DNA of 64,000 nucleotides from a virus (Duplodnaviria; Heunggongvirae; Uroviricota; Caudoviricetes): IMG/VR virus record IMGVR_UViG_3300020429_000539, positions 332,263 to 396,262 of that record; one strand, 5' to 3'. Shown piece by piece: positions 49,427 to 58,757 of this stretch (position 1 is its first letter; each line of letters starts with the position of its first letter). The notes under the pieces were generated by a model. It saw only the letters and a program-made list of their open reading frames with translations, ran no database searches and was not told where the DNA came from. The position numbers and the translations under genes were made by a program.

Positions 49427-50168
49427 TTTGACGGTTATTACAACGCTATACAACTGCGAAAAATATGTTGAACAATCAATCAAGTCTGTTATCAATCAGA
49501 CGTATGATGATTTTAACTGGATTTTATTGAACGATGGCTCTACTGATGCTACCTGGGATATTGTTCGCTCGTTTGAAGACCCGCGAATGACTTTGATAGA
49601 CTCAAAAGATAATCAACGGATTCCCCGCCGTCGCAATCAATGCATAGGCCTTGCAAACTCCAAGTACGTTTGCATACATGATGGTGATGACATTAGCCTG
49701 CCGCATCGCTTTGAACGGCAGATGGAGGTCATGAAGTCCTCTCCTGATTTATTCTGTTGTGGAGCTTGGGCTATTGCTATCAATGATGAAGGCGAGCGGC
49801 AAGAGACTATGAACTATCCTGCTCTGAAGCATAGCCAAATAGTGAATCAGCTTTTGATTAAGCGTCAAAATCCGATGATAGACCCAACGACTATGTTTAA
49901 ACAGGAAGATTTCGTAAAACTACATGGCTACACGTTAGAAAAAGCCATATACACAGTGCCAGACATGGATTTATGGGCAAGAGCCATGCTCGATGGGAAG
50001 ATTTTTGCAAATATTCCCGAACCTTTAATTGAGTATCGTTTCAATCCTGATGGCATGACGATGAAGCACAAAAAAGAAATGATAGGCGCTCATATGGTAG
50101 TTTGGAAGCGATTTAGAGACGCCTACGTTGCCCAGCAAAGAACAACGGAGGCAGTCAGTAATGAGTAA
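49419..50168 (+). CDS. Glycosyltransferase family 2 (GT-A fold)
   Basis: Motifs VITTLYNCEKYVEQSIKSVINQT, LLNDGSTDAT, IHDGDDISLPHRFERQ and IPEPLIEYR. Confidence 0.93.
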   Translation: MPDLTVITTLYNCEKYVEQSIKSVINQTYDDFNWILLNDGSTDATWDIVRSFEDPRMTLIDSKDNQRIPRRRNQCIGLANSKYVCIHDGDDISLPHRFERQMEVMKSSPDLFCCGAWAIAINDEGERQETMNYPALKHSQIVNQLLIKRQNPMIDPTTMFKQEDFVKLHGYTLEKAIYTVPDMDLWARAMLDGKIFANIPEPLIEYRFNPDGMTMKHKKEMIGAHMVVWKRFRDAYVAQQRTTEAVSNE

Positions 50169-51393
50169 ACAAGGACTAAAGTGGACAGTCGAAGAGATGA
50201 TAACCCTGTACGAGCGTCGTCTTATGGATGTTCCATACAAGGTAATCGCGGAAGAACTAGACCGTACTGAACAGGCGTGCTGGGACAAATACCGTCACAC
50301 TGATTGGGCAGGCACAGGCATTCCTGACAAAATCCGAGAGAACATTAAAGACCGTCGAGTCGAGGCTGTCAAGGAACAGGCTGCTTCTGCCGCTGACCGC
50401 AAGCTTGATATGTACAGGTTGCGGGCTAACGTGATTGCTGATAAGCTTGCAGATGCCACGAAAAGACTACCAGAAGCTCCGCTTGTTACATGGTCGCCGA
50501 GCGGCAGGCAAGCTAAGCATCAGAATGAAGACATGGGTCTTATTTTGAGTGACCTTCATATCGGTCACGAACACTCGAATGAGGAAACCGGAGGTTTATC
50601 TGCCTACAACCTGGAGATTTTTCAGAAGAGACTAGAGAACCTAAAGCAGGCGGTCCCTGATATCTATGAGTTGCATTCGCAGCTTTATAAGCTTCCCAAG
50701 CTCCATATCTTCTGCCTCGGCGATATTGTTGATGGCATGAACGAAGCTGGAGCATGGTCGCCTGTCTTTATATCGATGCCGATTTGGGACCAGGTAACGC
50801 ATGGCATTCATGCATTGTCTGATGCTATTTGGTATTGGTTGACCTTCTTTGAAGAAATTCACTTCTATGGTATTCGCGGCAATCACGGTCGAGTCGCTCG
50901 CTCAGGTGCAGAGAAAGACTACTGTAACTGGGATATCATTGCATACGAGTTTTTGCAGACTCGATTCCAGGACAATGACCGAATCAAGTTCCATGTGCCA
51001 AGATGCTGGTGGTCATTGGAGGAGGTTTGTAATCACAACTTCCTTCTTGTTCACGGCGATGATGTTAAATCGAAGGGCGTTCCGATTCTTGGTATGCTGG
51101 ATCTTGAGCGAAAGATGGCTGCGACCTTGAACAAAAGAATCAACTACACGTTGGCGGGTCATTTCCACAATGCTTCAGAGTATACGACGCATAGCGGGCG
51201 ACTAATTATGAATGGCTCATTCGTGGGTGCAGACGTATATTCCTTGAAGAATGCGATGCCAGGAACAAGGGCAGAACAAAAGCTTTTTGGTATACACCCT
51301 CAGAGAGGCGTGACATGGATGTACAACATCGATCTCGACCATCAGAGGGGTAACAATGCTACCAATTCCGAAGTGGGCACAAAAGTACCTTAA
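50161..51393 (+). CDS. Calcineurin-like metallophosphoesterase with N-terminal Myb/HTH-like domain
   Basis: All five motifs are present: SDLHIG, LGDIVDG, GNHGR, LVHGD, AGHFH. N-terminal KWTVEE...IAEELDRTEQACWDKY. ATG 50161 with GGAGG upstream is preferred to TTG 50128. Confidence 0.85.
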   Translation: MSKQGLKWTVEEMITLYERRLMDVPYKVIAEELDRTEQACWDKYRHTDWAGTGIPDKIRENIKDRRVEAVKEQAASAADRKLDMYRLRANVIADKLADATKRLPEAPLVTWSPSGRQAKHQNEDMGLILSDLHIGHEHSNEETGGLSAYNLEIFQKRLENLKQAVPDIYELHSQLYKLPKLHIFCLGDIVDGMNEAGAWSPVFISMPIWDQVTHGIHALSDAIWYWLTFFEEIHFYGIRGNHGRVARSGAEKDYCNWDIIAYEFLQTRFQDNDRIKFHVPRCWWSLEEVCNHNFLLVHGDDVKSKGVPILGMLDLERKMAATLNKRINYTLAGHFHNASEYTTHSGRLIMNGSFVGADVYSLKNAMPGTRAEQKLFGIHPQRGVTWMYNIDLDHQRGNNATNSEVGTKVP

Positions 51394-51802
51394 GTTTCGT
51401 GAATGTCCATACTGCGAAGAGTCTACAACCTTACGCGGAGTGACAGGACTGGGCGTCAGAGAGCAGAGGGATGAACAAACTGGTTCAGTTAGTTATGTTT
51501 TGACCATAGAATATGTATGCTGCTCCTGCGAGAAGAAGTCTGTTTTTCTCGGACAACCAGAGTATGGCGCAGACCATCTCGACATCGTAGAAAGTATTCT
51601 CGAAGCATTAGTTAGATATGAGTCTTCTCAGAAGTCGCTTCCGTCCAAGGAAAATGGTAGCAAGATTTCGAAAAAGGAAGTAGAAGACTTATTGAAAGTG
51701 CTTAACGAGGCTCAGTCGTTTGATGAGGTCTTGAAGTACATCGGGGCCAAATACGAGCCTTTGGAGCAGGATGATGAAGAGAGAACTAACCAGGATCAGT
51801 GA
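51356..51802 (+). CDS. Hypothetical protein with Zn-ribbon (148 aa)
   Basis: CPYC ... CCSC cysteine pairs; GAGGGG upstream of the ATG. Confidence 0.7.
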   Translation: MLPIPKWAQKYLKFRECPYCEESTTLRGVTGLGVREQRDEQTGSVSYVLTIEYVCCSCEKKSVFLGQPEYGADHLDIVESILEALVRYESSQKSLPSKENGSKISKKEVEDLLKVLNEAQSFDEVLKYIGAKYEPLEQDDEERTNQDQ

Positions 51803-52862
51803 TTTCATTGTTGCCAGGCGTATATTAGAGATTGTTTGTCATAAGAATCGCTGTGATTTTGTCAATCTTGCCATTGACTTTGGCAGACATGAGCCATGCT
51901 TTGACTATGATTCACAGATACTTAAGCTTCCTGAAGAGGCAACGTTGCCTCAAACGATATATAGCATCGTTTCGCTATACGTGGATAATATGGCTTTTAT
52001 TTGCAAAAAGCAAATTCCTAATGAAGAAGACCGTATGTCTGTCAAGAATTTTGCCTTGGCACTGGTGCGTGATTTTGCTACCTCAGATGCAAAACTAGGT
52101 TGTAGCCGCACTGATATTCATACGATGCGTTTAGACCAGTTTCCAGTTGTCTGGATGCTGCTTAAGACCATTATTTGTCCCGCTTGTAATTTGCCTTTGA
52201 ATAATCTGCAAATTATCGCAGGTCCATCAGGCGTTGCAGATGGTGCAGTTTTGATAGATGACAATAAGGGGCCTTTGCCTGTAAAAAGAGACAAGCCTTT
52301 TGTTTTTATAAATCTTGACATAGAAGCGGAGGCAGTTAGGGCGGCATTTCTTTTGGTTGAAGTTCTACGATATTTGTGTATGCTTGTCGAGTCGGATAGC
52401 GGAGCAGAAGATATTCTGCGGTCGATTGTGTCCGAGTTTTATCTCAGAAACAAGATAGTTGATTTTATTAGTATGGCCTATCCGGATCCAGAAAAGGCAG
52501 CAGACTTCTTTGCCACTCTTTCTATAATTTGCAACAGCGAAGATATGGAAGTGATTGCGATAAAGCTAATGAGCGAAGATGCCGATGACATGGTTAGAAC
52601 GGCTCAGGGCATGGCTGATAACTGGTGGTTCTTAGGTCTTACTGAAAAGATGCTTGAACCAGCGAGGTCAGAAGACTGGACTGTCTATGAAACATGGAAG
52701 CCGATTACTGAAGAGTTGTGGGCAAAGGTAGAAACGCAAAGGCGAGTTCGCGGCCTTGATGAGGTTCCGTTCGAAATGCTTCTTCGGATTATGTCTGAAG
52801 AACAGATGACAGATGAAACACAGACGTTACAGGGACTATTGTCCGACGATAGAATTTGGTAG
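51771..52862 (+). CDS. Hypothetical protein (363 aa)
   Basis: Long ORF continuing the operon with GGAG upstream and a CPAC motif; no family recognised. Confidence 0.75.
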   Translation: MMKRELTRISDFIVARRILEIVCHKNRCDFVNLAIDFGRHEPCFDYDSQILKLPEEATLPQTIYSIVSLYVDNMAFICKKQIPNEEDRMSVKNFALALVRDFATSDAKLGCSRTDIHTMRLDQFPVVWMLLKTIICPACNLPLNNLQIIAGPSGVADGAVLIDDNKGPLPVKRDKPFVFINLDIEAEAVRAAFLLVEVLRYLCMLVESDSGAEDILRSIVSEFYLRNKIVDFISMAYPDPEKAADFFATLSIICNSEDMEVIAIKLMSEDADDMVRTAQGMADNWWFLGLTEKMLEPARSEDWTVYETWKPITEELWAKVETQRRVRGLDEVPFEMLLRIMSEEQMTDETQTLQGLLSDDRIW

Positions 52863-52870
52863 GAGAAATC

Positions 52871-53110
52871 ATGGCCGACAATAAAAGACAAGAAGCAGTC
52901 GAAGCAACCTCAGTAGAGTATGAGGCTCATTTGGCTGAGTCGCTGCGCCGTATTGCTACACAGCTTGAGAGCGCTATAAACTTGCAAGCAAATGCCAGGT
53001 ATATTGATGTATGGAAAAAGCTTCATGGTATGAGGGATAGCATTGTGTATAACATGAGCGTCCTTGAGGGCCGTGTGGAACGGATGAAAGATGAAGGTTC
53101 TTCAGAGTAA
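52871..53110 (+). CDS. Small helical/coiled-coil hypothetical protein (79 aa)
   Basis: An AGGAG Shine-Dalgarno lies 5 nt before ATG 52871 (MADNKRQ...). Confidence 0.75.
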   Translation: MADNKRQEAVEATSVEYEAHLAESLRRIATQLESAINLQANARYIDVWKKLHGMRDSIVYNMSVLEGRVERMKDEGSSE

Positions 53111-53351
53111 AAGTTTTCAACGACTTGCCGCTAACCTAGATGAAGGTCCAGGTAGGGTTAATCGCCATCCGTCTCCGGGTGGTCTTGGTCGTTCTGTGAA
53201 TAGAGGAACCGAGGGCGTTGACAAAATCCTTGAACGATGGGATGAAGACCGCCCGAAGAAGAAGCGCAAGAAGAAGAAAATCTACCAGCTTGGAATCGAA
53301 GTCGAAAAGAGTCCAGAAGAAGAAGCAGAGGAAAACAGGAACTATTCATGA
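53091..53351 (+). CDS. Small hypothetical protein with polybasic tract (86 aa)
   Basis: Fills the gap in the operon, has an ATGA overlap with the helicase, and contains RPKKKRKKKK. Confidence 0.65.
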   Translation: MKVLQSKSFQRLAANLDEGPGRVNRHPSPGGLGRSVNRGTEGVDKILERWDEDRPKKKRKKKKIYQLGIEVEKSPEEEAEENRNYS

Positions 53352-54880
53352 CGAATCAACAAATCACCCTTCGCGTGCGAGATAGTCACACGTTCATCGA
53401 AGGGCGGCTTGATGGAGAAGTCTACAAGGGATTAAAGAAAGCTCTTGGCTACAAAGACGACCAAGCCATCTGGAAAATGCCAAAAGATAAGAACGGTCGC
53501 CCCAAAGGTAACTGGGATGGCTGGCAGACAACCGTTTGCTATAGTAAGCACCATTGCAAATGTTCTATCAAAAAAGATGGAACACATTTTCCTACAGGTT
53601 TGCTGACTAAGGCTCGCGATTATTTTGGCGAAGTAAATCAGCCGTATGGATTGATTGATGAGCGCAAGCCTATCAAGAAAACGACTTCGTTTTCTATGAC
53701 TGAAGAGTTTGAGCCCCGCGATTATCAGCAAGAAATCATACGGCGAGCATGCGATTCTGAGCGAGGCATTATCAAGATGGCTACCGGCGGCGGCAAGACC
53801 GCTACTGCTTCGGGCATTATCGCTGCGCTCGGCGTCAAGCCATTTATTTTCTATGTCACGAGTGTTGATTTGCTCAAGCAGGCAAAGGCTGAGCTTGAAA
53901 AGTTCATCCGCGAGGACGGTCAGCCCTTATCGGTTGGTTCGATTGGTGATGGCAAGTGCGATATTCAAGACGTAAATATTATGACCGTGCAGACTGCGGT
54001 TCGAGCCCTTGGCGCTCGTTTTACTAAGTTTGATGATGAGGATTCTGGTTCTGACAAGAAAGCTATGTCTAAAGCTGATAAGAAGGACATAGCAGAACTG
54101 ATACACGAGTCAGGCGGCATGATGTGCGACGAAGTTCAGCACTGGGCAGCTAAAACTTGCCAGGTTATCGCAGACCATTCGGTCAATGCGCGATTCCGTT
54201 ATGGTCTTTCTGCAACTCCTTGGCGAGATGCAGGTGACGATATTCTTATTGATGCCTGCTTCGGCAAACCAATCGCTGATATCAATGCTTCTTTCTTGAT
54301 TGATAAGAAGATACTTGTTCCGCCTTCTATCTATTTCGTTCATATGCCTCGTCTTGAAATGGACGGCCAATACGCGACAGTTTATAAAGATGCTATTGTC
54401 GAGAATGACCATCGCAACGTGACCATCGCAAACATTGCTGAACAAATGGTTGACCAAGGGCGTCAGGTTCTTATTCTTTGCAAGCACATTGCGCATGGTG
54501 AGATACTTGAGGGCCTTATCAACGATAGTTTCTTCATCCATGGTTCGCATACGAGCAAACAGCGAGAAGACTGGCTGAACAAGATGCGTAACAAGGAAGC
54601 AAAGGTTACTATCGCAACGAGCATTTTTGATGAAGGCGTTGATGTGAAACCTCTTGATGGGCTAATCCTTGCGGGCAGTGGTAAATCTCAAACAAGAGCT
54701 TTGCAACGCATTGGCCGTGTTATCCGCAAGTATGAGTGCCCTGATACAGGCTTCATCAAAAAGGATGCGTTTGTCGTGGACTTCTTTGATAACGTCAAAT
54801 ACATGCGAGGTCACAGCATGAAGCGAAAACATATCTATAACACAGAGCCAAGGTTTGATGTAAAAGACTGGAAGATTTGA
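53348..54880 (+). CDS. Superfamily II DNA helicase, UvsW/XPB(SSL2)-like
   Basis: Motifs PRDYQ, MATGGGKT (Walker A), MCDEVQH, GLSATP, IFDEGVDV and QRIGRVIR; no C-terminal nuclease domain. Confidence 0.9.
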   Translation: MTNQQITLRVRDSHTFIEGRLDGEVYKGLKKALGYKDDQAIWKMPKDKNGRPKGNWDGWQTTVCYSKHHCKCSIKKDGTHFPTGLLTKARDYFGEVNQPYGLIDERKPIKKTTSFSMTEEFEPRDYQQEIIRRACDSERGIIKMATGGGKTATASGIIAALGVKPFIFYVTSVDLLKQAKAELEKFIREDGQPLSVGSIGDGKCDIQDVNIMTVQTAVRALGARFTKFDDEDSGSDKKAMSKADKKDIAELIHESGGMMCDEVQHWAAKTCQVIADHSVNARFRYGLSATPWRDAGDDILIDACFGKPIADINASFLIDKKILVPPSIYFVHMPRLEMDGQYATVYKDAIVENDHRNVTIANIAEQMVDQGRQVLILCKHIAHGEILEGLINDSFFIHGSHTSKQREDWLNKMRNKEAKVTIATSIFDEGVDVKPLDGLILAGSGKSQTRALQRIGRVIRKYECPDTGFIKKDAFVVDFFDNVKYMRGHSMKRKHIYNTEPRFDVKDWKI

Positions 54881-56691
54881 TGTCGTATCGTCTTGTTGTA
54901 GTCGGTATAGATAATGCGATGCTATGGTGGCAGACCGAGCTATTGCATGCTTCATTGAGAAGACATCATAAATCAGATGAAGCAAATCTAACAAGAGTTA
55001 TTAACCTGAATAGTAACTCGCCTTCATACCCATGTTCATGCGATACGTTTGTAACAAAAACTTATCACGATTCTTACAATCCGAACACGCTTGCTGCTAA
55101 TCGTTGTTTGGGTTTTCGTGATTACATGCGCAATGCTGAAATACAAGAAGACTATGTTCTTTTGCTCGATGCCGAAACGCTTGTTTCACAATCTTTGTTT
55201 GATATACCTTCGTTAGAAAGCGGAGAGATACTGACAGGTTATTCAAGAAGCATGGTTGTGGATGCGCATGATAGAGTTAGAAAGTTTATATACAAGCATT
55301 TGCTCACCGACCATCACAAGGCTGATTGTGGCGCTGCCAATATGTACCTTGCTAGAACTGGTACCATGATGACTTTATCAGAAATATACGGTAGCAAGGC
55401 TGAGAAAATCCTTCAAGATGAGCAGGGTATGAATCAGGCAGGAAAGTCATGGGACAGATGGGCTATGACATTCGCAATGATTGAATCAGATTTTCGATTC
55501 AAAAGCAAAGGCAAAGGATTGCAATGGTTGGCTTCTGAGGATAGGGCTGCTCCTATTTTGCATTATCAAGATTTACCTGATACTAAATATGGAAAGTCTT
55601 TTGATATAAATAGCTATGTGCCGTGGAGGGATACTGGTATAGGGGTAAAGCAATGCTCTTTTCATGGGCAGCGATTCTTCTTTGAAAGTTTGAATGCTAA
55701 AGCAAAACAAGAACAGTTTGATGAGATTGACACTACGAAAACATTAGACCATTCAATCGCTATTCAGCGACAGAAGAAAAGGTCTACGGATTTGGAAAAC
55801 GCATGGCTATTTAGGCACATTGTTACACAGCGCAAGAAATCGACGGGTTGGATTCTTATGGCCGGACCTGTGCGAAATAAAAAGGAAGCAGCAGAGTTTG
55901 ATAGGCTGAAAGAAGAAGGATACCGCTTTATCGCTGTTTGCTGCCTAAAAGATTGGCCTCGTATATCTCATACTGCAAAAGAATACGAATACAACTATAG
56001 CGAAGTGTTCGAGGGCTGGCTTCATCCTTTTAGGAATCCCGATGATTTCTTGCCCAATGATGGACGACCTAGGGACTTATTGAGTCGTTCAGATTTTATC
56101 TCTCCTTCGCTCTTTAATAGCTATCTTGATATGCCTAAAGAGCGAGATTTCATCGCCATATCTTCCGATATTGAATGGGTTGCATCGGCAAAGGGCTGGA
56201 ACTTAGCCAAGAAAGTAATACCTGTCTTGTGTAATGAGCTAGGACTAAAAGGAATGCTCATAGGGCGGAGTAAGCTTCTTGATTTGCCTCAGTGTAAGAA
56301 CCTTGTCATTGAAACAGAAAGAATGAAACATCGTAACTTTATGAACCATTTGTCTGCTTCAAAGTTCTATTTGTGTACCAGTCAAGAAGATGCATCTCCG
56401 CGTATAGTAACTGAATCTTTTTGTCTAAATGTTCCTGTTTTGATGAACAAGAATATTTTGGGTGGTTGGAAATATATCAAACCAGAGACCGGAGAGTTTT
56501 TTACCAATGAACAAGATATCATAGATGCATATGCAAGACTATCTAAAACAGAAAAATCTCCTAGAGATTGGTATACTCAAAACTCAGGCCCATCAATCGC
56601 GGGTAAAAGATTGGCTCAGTTTATCAAGAGCATCGACCCGTCTTTCACCGAAGATTTTGTGGCGCTAACTATGAGAGCTAATCATCAGTGA
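54880..56691 (+). CDS. Bifunctional glycosyltransferase: N-terminal HPAT/SGT1-like (GT95/GT96-like) GT-A domain fused to a GT-B domain
   Basis: TGATG coupling. N-domain: MLWWQTELLHAS...LTRVI...DTFV...ANRCLGFRDYM...IQEDYVLLLDAE...PILHY...SFDINSY. C-domain: KERDFI...KGWNLAKKVIPVLCNELGLKGMLIGR...SQEDASPRIVTESFCLNVPVLMNKNILGGWKYI...TGEFF. Confidence 0.65.
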   Translation: MSYRLVVVGIDNAMLWWQTELLHASLRRHHKSDEANLTRVINLNSNSPSYPCSCDTFVTKTYHDSYNPNTLAANRCLGFRDYMRNAEIQEDYVLLLDAETLVSQSLFDIPSLESGEILTGYSRSMVVDAHDRVRKFIYKHLLTDHHKADCGAANMYLARTGTMMTLSEIYGSKAEKILQDEQGMNQAGKSWDRWAMTFAMIESDFRFKSKGKGLQWLASEDRAAPILHYQDLPDTKYGKSFDINSYVPWRDTGIGVKQCSFHGQRFFFESLNAKAKQEQFDEIDTTKTLDHSIAIQRQKKRSTDLENAWLFRHIVTQRKKSTGWILMAGPVRNKKEAAEFDRLKEEGYRFIAVCCLKDWPRISHTAKEYEYNYSEVFEGWLHPFRNPDDFLPNDGRPRDLLSRSDFISPSLFNSYLDMPKERDFIAISSDIEWVASAKGWNLAKKVIPVLCNELGLKGMLIGRSKLLDLPQCKNLVIETERMKHRNFMNHLSASKFYLCTSQEDASPRIVTESFCLNVPVLMNKNILGGWKYIKPETGEFFTNEQDIIDAYARLSKTEKSPRDWYTQNSGPSIAGKRLAQFIKSIDPSFTEDFVALTMRANHQ

Positions 56692-56717
56692 AACACGCCG
56701 AAAACGGCATTCTATGA

Positions 56718-56732
56718 GACGATAATACTACA
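56718..56732 (+). promoter_or_regulatory. Putative -10 element (GACGATAAT) before the methylase gene
   Basis: CGATA lies 8 nt before ATG 56733 with no Shine-Dalgarno. Confidence 0.45.
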
Positions 56733-57914
56733 ATGCGTCATCTCCCAGAGTCAGACCTATTTGCCGCTCAGCTTGGCGACAGCGAGCGAGATGCTTGGCT
56801 TGAGCGGGCTGCATATGCTGTAACGCGGTTGGGGTCAGCCAAAAATCCGTACGTAGGCAACAAGAAGAAAATCCTGATTGACTTCGCTGACATTATGTAT
56901 CAGCACGGTCTTCATGAAGTAATTGATGGAGGTAGAGTTCTTGATGTCTTCTCGGGTAGCGCTTATGTTTCGTACCTCTTCAAACACCTGGGCGCAGCAG
57001 TTTGGTCAAATGATATGCTGTCTTCAGCATTCTTGAACTCTGTTTCTTTGATAGATTCGGAAAGCTGCGTAGACAGGTCTCGTTTCGATATACTTTGTAA
57101 AGACCACGGTCGAAAGTTTCCGCACAGAATCATCAAAGAGGGCTACGTGCCGCGTCGATTTGCAGAGTACGAAGCAGATTGGCTTGACCGTTTTCGATGC
57201 AACATCGAACATGATTTCGGCGGGACTGTTGTTGACATCATTAAGCATATCGAAGACACTACTCCATTGAGCAGTTTTGGCAAAGCAGTTGTTTTATCTG
57301 AAGAGCTTGATAAGCGAAACGCTTATGCTCAGTATTTAGCTTCTGTTGTGCTGTATGTGACAAGCAAGACTTTTGTAGGCGGACGATTGAACTGCGGTCA
57401 AGTTCTTGCTGAACTTGAACATCGTATTCAGCATGTACGTAATCGAGGTAATACGATTAGCTTCAATCGTATACCGATGATTGGCAGGGCTGCGCATTCC
57501 AACGGGCTGCAAAGCGTTTCTACTCATGCGAACGTTTTTGATCTGTTCGACAAATACAATCCACAGGTAGATATCATCTATCTTGATCCTCCATACGGAG
57601 GCGAACAAAGTAACTATGCAAAGATGTATAAGTTTTTCGAGTTTTGGCTCGGACAGGAAGAAAGGCCCGAAGGCGCTGATTGTTTTACGATGTCAAAGAA
57701 CTATGAAGAAAACTTCAACAATCTACTAAGTATACTACCCACGGAACCGATATGGGTCTTGAGCTATAACGAATCAAGCTGGGCGAATATTGATAAGATA
57801 GTCGGATGCGTTTCTGAGTTCAAAAAAGATGTTAAGATAGAGCAAATAGTTTACAGATACAACTACAGGAAGGTCCGCGATAGTGGTATCGAGTATGTGG
57901 TTATGGCGAGCTAG
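56733..57914 (+). CDS. Orphan DNA N6-adenine methyltransferase (D12/Dam/FokI-like class)
   Basis: Motifs PYVGNKKKIL, LDVFSGSAYVS (motif I), VWSNDM, IIYLDPPY (motif IV) and WVLSYNES. Confidence 0.92.
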   Translation: MRHLPESDLFAAQLGDSERDAWLERAAYAVTRLGSAKNPYVGNKKKILIDFADIMYQHGLHEVIDGGRVLDVFSGSAYVSYLFKHLGAAVWSNDMLSSAFLNSVSLIDSESCVDRSRFDILCKDHGRKFPHRIIKEGYVPRRFAEYEADWLDRFRCNIEHDFGGTVVDIIKHIEDTTPLSSFGKAVVLSEELDKRNAYAQYLASVVLYVTSKTFVGGRLNCGQVLAELEHRIQHVRNRGNTISFNRIPMIGRAAHSNGLQSVSTHANVFDLFDKYNPQVDIIYLDPPYGGEQSNYAKMYKFFEFWLGQEERPEGADCFTMSKNYEENFNNLLSILPTEPIWVLSYNESSWANIDKIVGCVSEFKKDVKIEQIVYRYNYRKVRDSGIEYVVMAS

Positions 57915-57920
57915 GTGATT

Positions 57921-58757
57921 ATGTCAAAGAGCATGGAAGACATATTGATGGCGGCGTCTCGGAAGACAAATAAGATATTTGCTTCTCAGGACGGAAACAA
58001 ACCCGTAGAGATATCTCCATCGCCTGCTGAGCAGGTAGAATTTAAGCATAGCCGAAGAAAACATAAAACGTTCCGTGACCGACCAATACAGGATTGGGGC
58101 GTGAGCGATTTACTTGGTTACACGAAGAGCCGTTTCTATGAAAAGTTTGGCTACTCATTTCCTGTTGCGTTGGCAAATGGCTTTTCTGAAATGAAGCGCA
58201 TTCAAGAAGAGCTTCGCGTTCACACTGGAGACTGGCCCTCTGCTGAGCTTACTCGTAGCTATATCGATTGGTTTATAGACGTAAGGGCTCCTGAGCTTGT
58301 CGCTAAATACCGTGTCTTCAAGGCAAAGATGATTAGGCATCCTATCAACGTTGCAAACTTTGTAGACCGATTTAAGCTAAGGCAAACGCCAGGCTCGATT
58401 CGCAAGAAAAAGTTTGATAAAAATGATTCTCAGGTTGTATTTTCCGGAGATGTCTCAGGTTTCGTTACAACCTATGGCATGGTACTTGCTCTTGCGTATT
58501 TTATGCGTAATGGAAAAACAAAAGAACAATCAGCCAAGATTGTTGGACAGGCTCTAAAGATGGCCGTCAATGAGGGGAAGTTCTCGGAATTTGTTACTGC
58601 TACTGAGCAGAATGGTCCGTATCACAACTCTCTGAAGTTTGATGGCTTTGATACTGCAAAACAGGAGATTTCTGCATTGTCTGGTAAAAGACTGAGCCTG
58701 TTGAGTATTGTGTTTTCGGACAATGCAAAAGCTCCTACATTTGGTAAGGAAGTTTGA
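57921..58757 (+). CDS. Hypothetical basic protein, possibly replication-initiation related
   Basis: AGGTGA Shine-Dalgarno before ATG 57921. Helical W..SDLLGY....FYEKFG...YIDWFID segment. It lies upstream of the loader and helicase genes; the function is inferred from position only. Confidence 0.7.
   Translation: MSKSMEDILMAASRKTNKIFASQDGNKPVEISPSPAEQVEFKHSRRKHKTFRDRPIQDWGVSDLLGYTKSRFYEKFGYSFPVALANGFSEMKRIQEELRVHTGDWPSAELTRSYIDWFIDVRAPELVAKYRVFKAKMIRHPINVANFVDRFKLRQTPGSIRKKKFDKNDSQVVFSGDVSGFVTTYGMVLALAYFMRNGKTKEQSAKIVGQALKMAVNEGKFSEFVTATEQNGPYHNSLKFDGFDTAKQEISALSGKRLSLLSIVFSDNAKAPTFGKEV

Noticed and set aside
53250-53280. PKKKRK identical to the core SV40 nuclear localisation signal
   Set aside because: The gene context is prokaryotic (Shine-Dalgarno sites, operon overlaps, IF3, DnaB). 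A basic nucleic-acid-binding tract or chance explains it.
56697-56708. GCCG-AAAA-CGGC hairpin as a terminator
   Set aside because: It has only a 4-bp stem and no U-tract.
53348-57914. SF2 helicase plus adenine methylase as a type III/I restriction-modification system
   Set aside because: The helicase is UvsW/XPB-like with no nuclease domain, the methylase is D12/Dam class rather than Mod/HsdM, and a glycosyltransferase separates them. An orphan protective methylase is more likely.
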